64,000 nucleotides of DNA from Paramecium tetraurelia (lineage: Eukaryota), in NCBI GenBank assembly GCA_000165425.1, contig CT868033.1, positions 62,001 to 126,000 on the forward strand, in the 5' to 3' direction. Numbering within the stretch: position 1 is the stretch's first letter; each line of letters starts with the position of its first letter. A model generated the notes under the pieces. That model was not told the DNA's origin and made no database searches. It saw only the letters and a program-made list of their open reading frames with translations. Shown one piece after another: positions 39,925-53,748 of the stretch. The position numbers were made by a program, and so were the translations under genes.

Positions 39925-41499
39925 AATAATTATAATTTATATTTATCCTGATATTTAGAAATATAGTTAATAATCTATTTGTAAGATCAGAATATCATAT
40001 TATGACATTAATTCCATAGAGAATAGAGAAGATTAATTTTTATTTTATTTTTCCTAGACCTTCTTGGTTTGGGCAAGGTTCAACTCAATATACATATTTC
40101 AACTAAATGGAACTATCATTATTGACTCCCTTATGAAAATTGTTATTTCAATACTACTCAACTAATTAATTACGACATCATAATTGATATGCTTAATTAT
40201 AACTGAACAAACTATCTAAAGTAAAGAATTTATGCTTTTTGTTAATCCAAAAGTAAAATTTGAATATAGTCATAAACGTAAACTATAACATTTATGAATA
40301 TCAAAATGGGAATTGTAAGAATTATTCTCTGTTTTCAGTCTATTTTATAACAATTAAATAGTTATTTAGCACATCTTGATATTTATTTAGTCATACAAAT
40401 CAACACTTCTAGTTTTAAATGAAATATTAGCTATGAACACCAAATTTTTCAAAGTTTCATCAGTATCTAACTGGTTATTCAATTACAATATCACCATCCA
40501 TTTTAAAGTATCAGCAACATGTATAATTTCACTTTAAAATTTGTCAAAGCCACTTACTCTTAAATATGTTCTCATTTACAATTCAAGTAATCAAATATTG
40601 TTATCTTAAAATTTATTATCCCAATATTTACAAATAAATTACTTAAGATTATTTCAATATTCTAGTAGACAACATCTAATTGATCAGATTAGAACTAACT
40701 GAAAAAAATAAACTCGATTATTTTAGTTAAACCATTAAAAACAGTCCAATAAAATGACTATACTACTAATTTTATTCTCCTGAAATGTTCAATATTATTG
40801 TTAGATTAATAATCATAATTAAGCCTTATATGGGTTAAATATAGTAATAAATTTTAGAACAATTTATGAGGTATTAATAATGGATTATCTTATGTGAAAT
40901 ATGGAGTGACTAAATAATTAAACATTTAGGTAATTTAGTCACTTTTGTATGAGACTCCTATAATAATCAAAATACAAGTTTAACTTTGTTGGTTTGAAAG
41001 GTTTTGGATTATATGTCATTATTTTTCACATATTACCAAATATGTTTATACTTTTAAGATATTGGAGTTTCTATTGTTAATAAATTATTGTATAATCAAG
41101 TGTATTTAGGCTTCTTTCATTTCATTAAATAGAGAAATTAGCAAGTATGATAATCTGAGAATTCATATGAGTAGATAATTTATTCAAAGTAAAATATAAT
41201 TGAAATTAGGGATTTAGAAAATACTCCTGAATTTATTGGAATATTTTCTATTTGTATTGATTGGCCGAAATAGAGAAGTAGTAATTAGGGTTTCTGTAAA
41301 AAAGTCTTATTTTATAAATATATTAAATATAAAAATTTAGCTTAATTACGAATAATTTCATTGTAATTAAAATCGAAAATAATTATTAAGATTTTTATTT
41401 TAAAATTCCTTATAAAGTAATTAATGTAAAATAATTTTAATTTTCAAAATAATTAGTTTATAATAAGTCATAATATATATAAAACTATTCACAGTAGTG

Positions 41500-42819
41500 T
41501 CAATTTAGTCTAAAGGGGTTCACATTTTAATTTGAAACGAAATCTGTTGCAGGAGTGTGAACTTATAACTTGGCTTATTTTGGGGATAGATAAAAAAACA
41601 ATTAAGCTCTAAATTAGTAAGATTTATATACTTCTAAGACAATTGGTCGGTTTCATCAGTGAAGAAAGGGTGACCAATGCAGTCTTGAGCATTGTATCTT
41701 AGTTTAGGGTCTAGACTTAGCATTTGATGCAATAAATCTTAGGCATTTTTATTCTAAATGTGAGAACTGATTCTAATGTCAGCTGCTTAATTTTGCCAAT
41801 AATCCTCATAGATCGGTCTACCAACAAGTAATTTGTGGAATACAGCTCCGGCACTGAAAATGTCTATTTTTTCAGTGACTCTAGATGAGGAAAATACTTC
41901 TGGAGCCATGTATCCGACGGTGCCAGCCCTGGAGTTGGAAGTGTTGTTGATTGCCGAGAGTCCTAGATCGATGATTTTGATTTGTAGAGGGTTAAAAGAA
42001 GCAATCATTATGTTGTCATATTTAATATCTCGATGTATAATTTTTAATTGATGCAAGTGATTTAAACCTATTTTTTGAAATATTCAATATGTTATACCTT
42101 CTAAAATTTGTTGCATCACTTCTTAGATGATGCTCATCGGTATTTTAAAATTGTACCTCTTCTGAAGGTCTAATAGCGTGCCATGGGATAGATAATCCAT
42201 TGCAATGTAGCAATGCATATTGTCAATGTAATATGAGTTGAAGCCAAGTACGTTCGGGTGAGGATTCTCCCGAAGAAGCTTAAGGGCTAGTAATTCATCA
42301 GAAGACTAAATAGTAATGGTTACTTACAACTGGATAATCAATGCGCTTTAGAACTTAAAACTAATTTTCTTGTTTACCAAGGATTACCTAAAAATGGATT
42401 TTTAAACAGTGATACCTAACTTTTCGAGTTGTCTCTGATGTGTTTAATATATTTGTAATCCGATTCCCAGTTTGCAAAACCAATAGACCCGCTTAATATA
42501 CTTTTTAGCTGGCTGAGCTGGTCATTGCTGGCACTGAAAGTGTACTTCTTGGCATTCTGTTTGCATAGGCTGAAACTTTCAATGTCTCTAGAATGACTAT
42601 GTCGAATGAAGATAAAATTTACTGAGAGTAATCCCAATGTACAACATATTGTGTAGTTTAAAAATCGAATTCTTTGTCGATTTTTTCACTTTTGCTGGTT
42701 TTTCTCAATCCTGTCAAAGAGAGTCGGTCTTGATAAACCGTTATTGTAACAGTACATCCGTTTCTAATGATTTACGATAGCTTTGTAGAAAATATATAAG
42801 ACTGAGAACAATTTTTCAT
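41500..42819 (-). CDS. Ser/Thr protein kinase (CAMK-like) with N-terminal extension
   Basis: HPNVLGF, IIHRDIKYDNIM, IIDLGLS, GTVGYMAPE, DIFSAG, DPKLRYNAQDCIGHPFF. Several introns. Confidence 0.9.
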
Positions 42820-42876
42820 AAGATTATAATTACAAGCGGTTTTACTCTCTATTATTCGAATATATAAACTTTATAA

Positions 42877-44937
42877 ATGAATATGCATCATGGACATTAA
42901 GATTCTATCCTCAACACTTCTTTGGCCATCGTTGTAATCAGTTATCATAGAACTAGAACCAACACCACAACACTTTTGACATTCTGGTCGACGATGAATC
43001 AGAGCACAAGTTCTGGACCAATAAAAGGAAATATCAATTCAAATGTCTGTTGAGAAGAATAGTTCTAATGGTCTACAACTCTGGCCCAGTTTATTTTAGT
43101 TACATGCTTGTGAGTCTCTACATTTTTAAACTACTGCGCAAGGTTGATACAGACAAAGCTTTTCGATAATAATACATGAAGTAATCCATATCAATCTATA
43201 TCGCAATCAAGGTAATACTTCTATGATTATATGCTGTGTATATGCATAGCCTGTATTTATACGATATTTTTGTATGGTCTGTTTAATCATTCAGGTAAAT
43301 TCAAATCTTCAATATTAAAGAATTGTCGGAAGTGAATCGTGAATATTTCCATTGGTCAGTCAATTGTGTGATGTTTATTATGCTGTATGCTATATTCATT
43401 ACTCAAAAGGAGTTGGTTAAAATAGAAGAAGTGGAAATCGAGAAAGCTGTAAGCAAGTCTTCATATTATTGTCTAGCAATAAATTAGAACTCAGAAAGAT
43501 AAGGAACAAAGATACGTATTTAATTTCAATTTCTCCTTCCTATTCAGCCAACAGAACTTCTACAATATTGGACTAGGAAGAGCTCACATGGATTTCATCA
43601 AAGCTCAGGATTCTCAAGACAAAGATAATCTCAACACTATTCAACAATTCTCAAAATAAGTTGATCACATCATTGACAAAGAAAATCTAGATCCAACCAT
43701 GATTTACTTTAGCATGTGCTCAGATTTCATTAATAGCGAAATATAGGCATCGCCAATGGTTAAGAGAAGAAAATCGAAATTGATTAAGGAAGTCGAGAAA
43801 GCAAAATCTGTTTTGGATTATCTTTAGGATTTGGGATTCAATGGAAATCGTAGTGTTTTCTAGCATTTTCTACTGCCACATTATATCTACACCAGAAAGT
43901 TCTTAATTCCTGATAGAAATTTACAGATATTTGTTGTGATAACCTTAATCACACTCAAAGTCTTAATACCCATATTCTTCTTATTTTGGCCTATTCATCC
44001 TTACACTCTCATATATTCAGTTATATTTATGGGTTTCTATATGCATTTTTTATCCATTATATTCTAATTGGTGTTGAATGATGATCTGAAGACTCGAAAC
44101 TATATCTTGTAAGCCTTGAATAAGATTATTACGATAGATATGGACCAGGAAAATGCTCTACATGAATTGATTGACATCACTTGTTCACTCAGTCTTCAGA
44201 GTTGGAATCTGATGCGAACAGTCGTCATCTACATTGAGAAGAAGAAGAAAATAGAATATAATTATGTTTATGGATTTCTGGCTCTTTATGGGGCCATTTG
44301 TTTTGGTGGATTTACATTGTGCAATTTCGAATTACCTTTTATGCAAGCCATAAATTATTGTGATGATGACGTTCTATTGTATAACATTCATGCAGACATC
44401 GTGTTGTCATTTATAATTTGTATGGGCAGGATCTACCAAGGGTCTAATTTCAATCAGACCTTCAGTGAGATTGATGCAGTAAACATTGATAATTACATTA
44501 GAACATCCACAAACTCACTGCAATATATGAAGACTTGTACACTTTGTTCGATTACTATTTTAAGAATAGGAATATAGTGCAAAATAGAATCTATTATCAA
44601 GTGATTGAATTGATTTACATCTATTAAAGAAAGAGAATGCAAAATCCATTGCAAAGGAATGTCAAGAACAAGGTAGATATAATAGAGACTGATGAAATGG
44701 TAATCATGCGAGAGAAGGTATCAGAAATGAAAAGTTGTCTGGAAAAGATATAGAGCAATGTGGAAAGAGATGTTAAGAAATGTCATGATAAATTCATAGG
44801 CATTTTTGATGCCAATTTCAAAAAACAAATGAGAATCATGATTTTTGTTATAATTACATTTGTACCATCCTTATCAACCAAGTAATATTATACTTATTTC
44901 TAATAGAGTGTACAAATATCTTAGTTAGATGATGTGA
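42877..44937 (+). CDS. Multi-pass membrane protein of unknown function
   Basis: Coding frame with multiple hydrophobic segments and several short introns. TGA at 44935-44937. Exact exon boundaries are uncertain. Confidence 0.68.
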
Positions 44938-44965
44938 TTTCTAAATATAATGTCTTTTTATAGAA

Positions 44966-45946
44966 TCAATATTTGATAATATTCCAAAACTCACTTAATT
45001 TAGCATCAGCTGGTAGTTTCTAAATAGCCAATCCCAATTCTGGAGAATATGCTATATCATTTTGAATGTCATTATTTTCATTCGCTTGATATCTAGCTGC
45101 TTGATTGTAGATACTCTAAACCACTTATACCTTTTCATCAAATCTCTGAACAGTGGGTTGTTGTTTCTCTTGGATTTCAATTCCATAAATTGGATTTTCA
45201 GTATGAAATGCATGCAATTTATTACATTCTTTGATCATGCTATCCATATCTATGTTCCTGTAACCTACATAATATCCTCCAAATTCTTGATAGGTTTCAA
45301 TTATCATAGTGTATAAACCTTTGGTAGTTTTCTTGCTTATTTTCTTTACTGCAATCCAAGGAATACTAATGTTAAACAGGTCATTCGTGGCAGAATACCA
45401 AACAAATCTAACGTTGGTAAAGATAAGAGTTCCAGACACATCCTATTGATCATTAGCAACACTGATCGTATTGGCATATTGATTGATTATTTATTCTTTT
45501 TCAGAGGTATTGAGTTTCTTTTGGGAAATCATAGCGAATTGCACCTTGATTTCACGATGTAACATAGTTTGAGTGTAAAGTCTTTGGATATTGATCAAGG
45601 ATTCATATAGTTTTTTGTCTTGACTAGAGAAATGGAATTCGTATTTTTATCCGGTAGCTAGTTTGGTTCGAAAGAGAGTTCCAAAGGTACGGTTATTATT
45701 GGTGACTTTCTGCTCAATGTGAAATATTGTGCCTAAGCCAATACTGAGATTGACACTGTTATTACGTTCACTCCACCATAGGATCCTTGTGTTGCTGATT
45801 ACTAAGCTACCAAGTTGATCTGGGTTTCCTTTGATGTCTTCAACATCTTTCCAGAGGAACAGGGTTTTTTCTCCTTTTTGCATGTTCAATTTAGCAGCTG
45901 CGATGTCGAAATGGATGCAGCGATCGTACAGAAATTCTTCACACAT
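44966..45946 (-). CDS. BBS5: BBSome subunit BBS5, 326 aa, intronless
   Basis: VEDIKGNPDQLGSLVISNTRILW..NLSIGL, KYEFHF, GTLIFTNVRFVW..FNISIPW, GGYYVGYR, NPIYGI and YSPELGLAIQKL. Confidence 0.95.
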
Positions 45947-45956
45947 AATAAATATT

Positions 45957-48094
45957 TCATATTTAAATATTCACAAATTTAGGATGTACTCTCTTATACA
46001 ATTGGAGACTGATGACATCGTTGGGTTTGACGAAGTTATTGAACATGCATTTCATTAGACCATGTGTGCCTAAGGGTTCCAGAATGTTTCCCTATGGAAT
46101 AGATATGAATGAAATACTCTCAATCCCAATTTTGTGGAGAGTTCAATAGGTTTGAAGAATTTGATGTCAAGTGGATTGAAGAACATCATTCTGATGACTG
46201 CCTTTCTCTTGTTAATTTTGACTGGATATCCAGTAAGTACAATTCTCTTGAGGATCACTTGGAAGGTGTCACATCTATGAATATCTCCTACTCCCATGAT
46301 TTCGCTGCTTCTGAAATCAAAGTCATTTTGCCAAAAGATGACAGGTTGTTGCGGGAATGAATTGTAGAAGTAGAAGGATGCCAGATAGAATGTGTCATCC
46401 TTAATCTCCTTGACATATTTGGTTTTGCTGCAATTCTAAATATAGGATGAGTATACTTACATTAAGAATACGAGAATAGATTGGATTTATGTGAGCTCTC
46501 CTGAATCCAATTTAAGCAAACACTTAATGTTTGGATTTGAGAACACAATTATGCATCTAATGTCTGTGGAATCTCACATGCATTTGTGTCATCTTCCTTT
46601 CATGTTTCAACAACCCAGAAATAACATATATCTTATTTGGTTGAGTGAGTCTTTGCACTATCAATTCAGGTACATTTTTCAATGTAATTTTGATTCTCTA
46701 TCCAGGCTTAATCTATTCCCTCTGTTTCATCTCCTCCATAACATCTGACTTAATCTTTTTCAGGAATCTGAAATTGTAGATTTTCTCAGCCTCATCTGGT
46801 AAAAAAGTGAGAGGATCGAATTCACTCGTCCTGATGTTCTTCAAACCCTAATATTGGTCATATCGTTCTCTCAATTTAACTTCCACTCCATATTCAACCT
46901 CATCTTCATAGTCTAAATCCTCAGTGTCTCTATGTACAATCTCGAACTATTCTCGTTTCTTTTGAGCCTCGTCCTCAAACTCCTTATCAAGATCTTCATA
47001 ACTAACATCGCTTTCTTATTCAATCATTTATTCCTCCTCTTCTTGCAATTGCATCCCTGCTATGTCTTTCAACAAATCATCACAATCTCCAATATCATGT
47101 TGTTTGTCTCTGCATATGGGATCCAGGGATTCTGGTTAGGTTGATTCGAATACTTACTCAATCATCCCCAGCAACTCAATGCGTGCAATTTAGAAATCAT
47201 CGACTCCTGTGATATGCACCAATTAATCTGCACTTAAACCATTCTACCCTCTCCATGTACCTGTAATACTTAACTCTCCATTCACATAAGCTAAGTCATC
47301 AGGCAACATATAACCACGACTGTCTCTCCATTCCACTGCTTGTTCATGCAACACAACCACACTCCTCATCAAAGTTGAACAATCATCGACTATGTGAGCT
47401 CCAGGAAATTCACTCTCAAAGTATCTTGCGAACAACTTCTTAACTACGTTCCTCTTGCTCTGACTTATTTCATCCAAATCCTATATGTAACACACCTATT
47501 GAACTAATCCCTGGGCTCTCAAACTACTAAGCAACTTATAACCCTGCTCATCAAATGCATTCGCATTGCTATGAGGATCCAAACTTATTGTGTTTGTATT
47601 GCAATCTCTGCAAGACAGCACTGGACACACGATGTCTGCCACTTTACATGCATCTAGTATTTACTCGGGATTTCTATCCAGGAATATAAATCTTAAAGGC
47701 TATTTTATTAATTTCCCATTTGCCTCCACATTTAAAAAACAATCTTGAGTGCTGTAGGAACTTATCCCCACTGATTATATATTGAGATGCTACATTAATC
47801 GAAATCTAATGATAATCACATCCAATACTTTAATGCGGCTATGTTGGCTTATTAATTCATTGGAAACATGGCGATGATCTTTGTGTTTACTGCTTTCACC
47901 ACTCTCTCTCTCTACTCCTAATCCTTCACTTTCCTCTCTATCTGAATTTCCTATTGAGGATCTTTACTTTTCGTTTGTTTGATCTCTTGCTTCTTTATTT
48001 TCTTCTTCAATTTGCCCTCACTCCTCTACTTTGCTCTCCGCTTCGATTCCCCCTTAAATGCCTTATTTCTCTACTATGGATGACCCTTCGGCAT
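45957..48094 (-). CDS. TSR1: 40S ribosome assembly factor TSR1
   Basis: LDACKVAD, WRDSRGYML, RERYDQYQGLKNIRTSEFDP, ILKRIVLTGYPVKINKR.AVIRMMFFNP.DI.FFKPIEL, GTHGLMKCMF and LYKRVHP. Confidence 0.93.
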
Positions 48095-48179
48095 AATTAA
48101 AATGATTTAAAAATAATTAAATATTTAAACAATCAAATATGAAAATATATCTACATTCAATGAGATTATCAATTATAAT

Positions 48180-50477
48180 TCAATAAACTAATTTGTTGTC
48201 CACCCATCTCCCCTCCATCATCTTCCCATCCATCCTGTAAAACACTCCCTTCCCATTTATCAAATCCCTCTCAAAACAGCCGACAAATCTCTCCCCATTC
48301 GTTAAATGCAAACTTCCCTGACCCTCCTTATTGTCCAACCTAAAATTTCCACTGTACTTCATCCAATAGCTATAATAATCTCTGCAACTCTTACTCCTCC
48401 ACATTATCAAAGTCCCGATAATCAAAACCCTCCTCCGACATCTAAGGATGCTCATTATACAAAGTCCCGAAACCGTGAAATTGATCCTCACTCCACTCTC
48501 CCTCATAAGCTGGCTGCCCTGTTCCATAATACAAGGTTCCTACCTCATAAGGCTCAACAATTACCTTCCCCATGCATTTTATTCTCCTTCCATTCTCCAT
48601 CATACAAACCACCATCCTAATAAAAGAATCTTCCCTATCCATGTCTCATGCCATTCCATTTCATACCTTCATAACGAGATCCATTTCCATAATGTTCCAC
48701 TACAAATTCAGGTTCATTAACTTTTCTCTCTTTGATTTTTGAAATCTCATATGGCAAACTAAACTCTTTAGTTAAAGTGCTCTTAAACTATTAAGGCAGA
48801 TTTGTAGAATCACATAAAATCTAGGAGTATTCACAAACTCCCTATCTTTAAGTATTGACGTCCTCATTCACTTAGGAATCCAGGTTCTCATCAAATTACG
48901 AATGCACGCTACACACTTCTGAGGGATGAAATTTTGACAAAGTATCGCATTGATCTTGTTGCAATTAAAATACTAAGCTGGGCAATATTTTAGACTCAGG
49001 GGGTTGATTAATCTAGTGGAATTTAGAATTCGTTTAATTCATTGAGTGAATCGACAACTTAGGAGTAAGATTAATTTATTAGAGCATACTCTTATTGCTT
49101 AAAATAGATTGATCGGTTATTGTAGTAACTGTTGCAATGTTTTAGATAGAATTCTGTGAATAGTTATTCTTATTTATGTACTCATGACTTATCTATCTGG
49201 AACTTGTATTCTGAATTTGACTTGATTGCTTAGGCACAGAACAATCTCTCACTTATGATTGGACCTGTTGAGCTGGAATCATAACCTTACTAATGGGCGT
49301 TGAACTTCGTTATGATTAGGTTGTTTTAATTGTGTATTGATGAGCGTATTTCATAGGTGATATATTTTAAACTTGGCTTACTCTCTTCGATTAATTAATT
49401 TAAGCATTGTATTGACATTATTCCAATTGCAATGAGCTTGTGCTTGGTTGATGAATTGTATCTATCAATCCAATAGGTTAAACTGGTATGATTTATTTAG
49501 GTATCACATTTGGGATTTGTTATTGTTATTTTTATTGTTATTATTGTTATTATTATTGTTATTATTATTATTATTGTTATTATTTGTAATAGGTTGTCTT
49601 CCCTGTTAATTATTTATAACTAATGATTTATTCCATTTATATAAAATCGGGTCTTTAATCTTCTTAAGTAATAAGCATCATTTAGATAAAATCACAAAAC
49701 AATTATCCATATCGAGTTCTTAATTTCTACAGCTTAATAGTCAGGTGTTCTTCCAAGAATTTACCTTGGATGTAATTGTAACAATCACTGTTTACTTAAT
49801 TCAATCCCAAATGTAGAAACAGCATTCCTAAAGTAAATACATCACTTTTATATTAATTGTGCTTAGGTTACCAATTATTTTTCCTAATTGTATTAACCAA
49901 ATTAGGAGATAAATAAATTGATTCCACACAATTAGGATTTTGTAATATTTGTAAATAATTTGTATTCTGTTGGAAGTACTGAGGATCGCATACTTTTACC
50001 GTGCCATCCATTAAGTATAAATACTTAAGTTATAATGTATTATGTGGAATTTCATTTCTTTACATGCATGCTAATCCGGATATTGTTTGTTTGAGATATT
50101 CAATTAATTGATTTTCATTCAGAATCTGTACTCTGTCTAAATTGCTTTACGGGTATTCGAATAATAAATTCACCTTGTAAAATTACCCACATAGTTATTG
50201 TTCAAATTCATAAAAGTAATTGCTGAGACTCAGGATATTTGGATGATTGATCTTTTATCTAATTTAGTATTGTTGAACCGTCTTTTTGAAATGCCCCTCG
50301 TCTGTCATACTGATAGTACGTAAGATCAATTGCTGATTAGGATCACGTTTATGTTATAAGATCTGGCAGTCAGGGAAGTCTGAATATGATGTTATGGAAC
50401 TTACCATTATTGCGGACATTGATCTATTTAAAATGCTCATAGAGTTTGTAAATCGGCTTTGAATCGCTAGCTCCCAT
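48180..50477 (-). CDS. Predicted N-myristoylated pseudokinase with Q-rich linker and C-terminal MORN repeats
   Basis: N-terminus MGASDSK. Kinase fold HPNILSL..HNTLQLKYLYL..VKVCDP..KSDVFTLG..RPDF lacks HRD and DFG. MORN repeats include YEGEWSEDQFHGFGTLY and FVGCFERDLINGKGVFY. Confidence 0.82.
49517..49582 (-). repeat. (TAA/CAA)n trinucleotide tract encoding poly-Gln (Q17-K-Q4)
   Basis: (tta/ttg)n on the + strand, in frame within the kinase-MORN gene. Confidence 0.9.
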
Positions 50478-50516
50478 TTGATTTTCAAAATATAATTAAC
50501 TGCCTGTATATATTAA

Positions 50517-51102
50517 TCACTCATTCTAAGCAAGTTTATCTTGTGCTATCCTGAACAGTCTTTGGGCTAACTCAAAGTTTGTTGCCTCTTCGTCTGGCAT
50601 GGTACGTAGACGCTACTCGAAATAAATAGAGTCAGCATCAAGTTGTGGACGATCATAGTATTCCATTTCCTTTTCACTTAATTTTCTATCCAATTCACTT
50701 TTCAAGATGTATGGTAAATTGTTCACTTCCTTTTGCACAGTCGTCATGAATTCAGCATGTTTACCAAGCCAATATTTTTCTTAGAGCATTCTCAAATACT
50801 TTAATGAATAATCTCATCCTTACGTGTAATTCTGCATAGTTTAGCATAACATCATTGAGTTTCTTTTTATCATCTGGGGAGAGTTTGAATGTGAAACGAT
50901 GTTTATTGCGATGATCTTCGTAGAATTTGGTGAACAATTTTATTCTCTTTGCATCCAGCCAAGGATGAATAGACCCTTCTCCTGTAAACTCAGGGACATA
51001 AACATTTAATCCTCTGAAACGTCTCTTTTCCTTTCTAGCCAACAACTTTTGTTTGAAGGTTTTGTGCACCACAAAGGAGAATTTAGGTGTAAAAAATTAC
51101 AT
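50517..51102 (-). CDS. Basic protein, possibly a mitochondrial ribosomal protein (mL40-like)
   Basis: Basic, presequence-like N-terminus and one 25-nt intron. The helical segment LSPDDKKKLNDVMLNYAELHYLRMLQEK...VQKEVNNLPYILK loosely resembles mL40. The gene model is solid but the function is tentative. Confidence 0.5.
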
Positions 51103-51277
51103 AATTAATTTTTATAAATATTTTGTTTGCGAATAGATTTTAACTTGATTGGGATTCAATATAGAAATAGTATAGACATCCTGGTTATTTACATAATTTA
51201 AGTATTTCTTCAAAAGGAATTATTAATAAACATCTTTTTGTTCATAATTTCATAGATATTCATATTATATTAATATT

Positions 51278-53682
51278 TCATTTTTTGATACTTGGAAGCT
51301 TGAATTACTTTTTAATATCACAAATACTCTTTGTAGTAGGAGTTTTAGATTTCAAGACTGGCTTTTTTGTCATCGAAGAACTTTCTATTAAGGGACTCTT
51401 GCTGGAATCAAGATCAACAGATTTTTTTATGATTAAGGTCGAAGCTCCATTTTGCATCTATTGTTTTTTGAACAAATTAGTTTGACTTTAATTGGTACTC
51501 TTGATCTTACAGAGAGGATACTTTTTTTTGTATTTATTCAAGTAATCATTCAAATCTATTTTATTAATTTCCAAATCATCCCTCTCTTGATCCAATATGA
51601 ATTGTCTCTATTTTTAGTCATTCTTAAATATGATTTCCTCCTTTTCCATCATTTCTTGGTCTCTCTTATTCAATAAATTCTCGTCATTTGGTTTCAGCAA
51701 TTCCTCTTTGGTTTGATGAATCATAAATTGAAAAGATCGAGATCCACTCAGAATGCAATCCTAAACAGCTTCATTAAACATATTTAAGATGGATAGATCA
51801 TCGTTGTCTATTTTTTTATATAACAATGGTAGGATCTACAATGATTACAAAAGATACCTTTATTAATCTCATCCTGACATTCACAACAGGATCTTTTGAA
51901 AATATCAGAATATCGAAGAACTCATATTATTTGAATAGTTTCTTCGATATGAATTCAGAAAATGATTGCACAATGTTGATGAAAGTGATTCGATTATGGT
52001 AGATGTCAGACTTGAAATAAAGATCGAACAATTGTATTATCCAATCTTTCCTCTTCCTCAAGTCTCCATACTGACTCAAGTATTAAGCGATGTTATCACA
52101 ACACTGTTGCTTAGTCTTTGGAATGCCCTTCCCAATTGTAGTAACCATTGCATTCATGAACGTATTCACATCACTAAAAATCTACTGGCATTTTTTGAAT
52201 TGATCAAGTAATTCAATTTAGAAATCCCACAAGTTCCTTGCTATTAGACTATTCAATAATTCAATGGCTGGTTGACCAAATTGCGGTTGTTACTGACTAA
52301 GCATATTATGAACATAATACTTGTTTCTAAAAAGAGTTGATGATGGAGGCAAATCTGAAGATCAGAATTTCCAACAGTGTTAAACTCTTTGATTTCATGA
52401 GGTTCATGAAAACCTAAAACAGAATCTCAGTGTTCTCGGAAAGCAGTACAACTTCATGGAAGCAATTGATGATGGCTCTGACAACGACTTCATTGCTGTC
52501 ATTACAACACTGTAAATAAGACTCTTGGAAGTATTCGAATTTCTTGGATGCCAAGGATAAGAGAGCAGGAAAATTGCATACGAAATTGACTCTAATGTCA
52601 ACGTTCTTGCTTTTCACATAGGACATGTATATGTTGATGAAAAGGGTGACTTGGATTTAATTGAGATGATCTTTTATCTAATCATAAATAAAGATATTTA
52701 AGTACAAGGTGAAAGACTCTTCCACACATCTTGGACATGACTAACTTGCTCTCCTCATTTTGGCTTTGTATTGTATCAATAAATTGTTTAGTGCACCTGT
52801 TTTTAATTTCATCAGCTGACAAATTATTCGCAATCGTAAAAAATAACTTCACTCCTGCACTTCTCACAATTGGATCAGTGTCATAGTAGAGTTCCATTAT
52901 CTTCTCCATTAAATAACACTCGATTAAATCACTGGAAATTGATTAGCAAACTTTGATCAAAACGTTGTCAGCCATTATCAAACGAGTCTCTTTATCGTGA
53001 TCCGAACACAAACTCCTGGCTCTATCAAGAATTGGACCTTTAATCTCATTCCCGAGAAGCTTAGGATTATGAGGGAGATCCTTACCTACGCTAAAGTGCC
53101 GATGAGTTTGGCAGCACTCTATCGTGATATAGCTGGTTAGGAACTATCGGTTAATAGTAGTATCAATTGTTGGATTGGAAGAAGAATATTCCTGAGACCT
53201 ATTGTTCTAAGGAGAAGATCCATAGTTTGGACCCATTCATTCAGCACAGGGAGTGACCAAATCTTTAATATTTGGGTTGTCAAATCATAGAGTTGTAATA
53301 ATTCTTGCATGGAAAGCGAATTGTCTTTGAGCAACCTCTGAATTGATTTAGCTGCAATGATTTAATTGTCTTCTTCTTGTTACTGGATTTCTTCACTTGT
53401 AATTGTAGTATAAATGGCATTACATTATGACTTAGAATAGGAATTCAAAGGCACTAGGTTCCTTCAAAATCCTGTGGAGATTAGAGTAAATCTAGAGATA
53501 ATTTACAAATAATGTACGGCTTTCTTTTGCAGTTATTGCCCCTTGGTCAAAATATAAATGGATCTTTGACATTCACTTAAATCTTCTTCCAGGGTCAACT
53601 TCTTCAATTCATCTTCACTCTAGGATAAATATAGGATGTCTACTTTGGTACTGGTTTTATATTCCTGCTCAGGGAAAAACAT
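51278..53682 (-). CDS. PPP4R4: HEAT-repeat protein, PP4 regulatory subunit 4-like
   Basis: N-terminus EDELKKLTLEEDLSECQRSIYILTKG resembles PP4R4, followed by HEAT repeats (LYYDTDPIVRSAG, DIRVNFVCNFPAL, SKDPVVNVR). Confidence 0.72.
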
Positions 53683-53748
53683 GCGTATGCAAATATAATT
53701 AATAAAAAAAGGTAAAAAGGTTATAAATGTATATATATTTATCGATAT

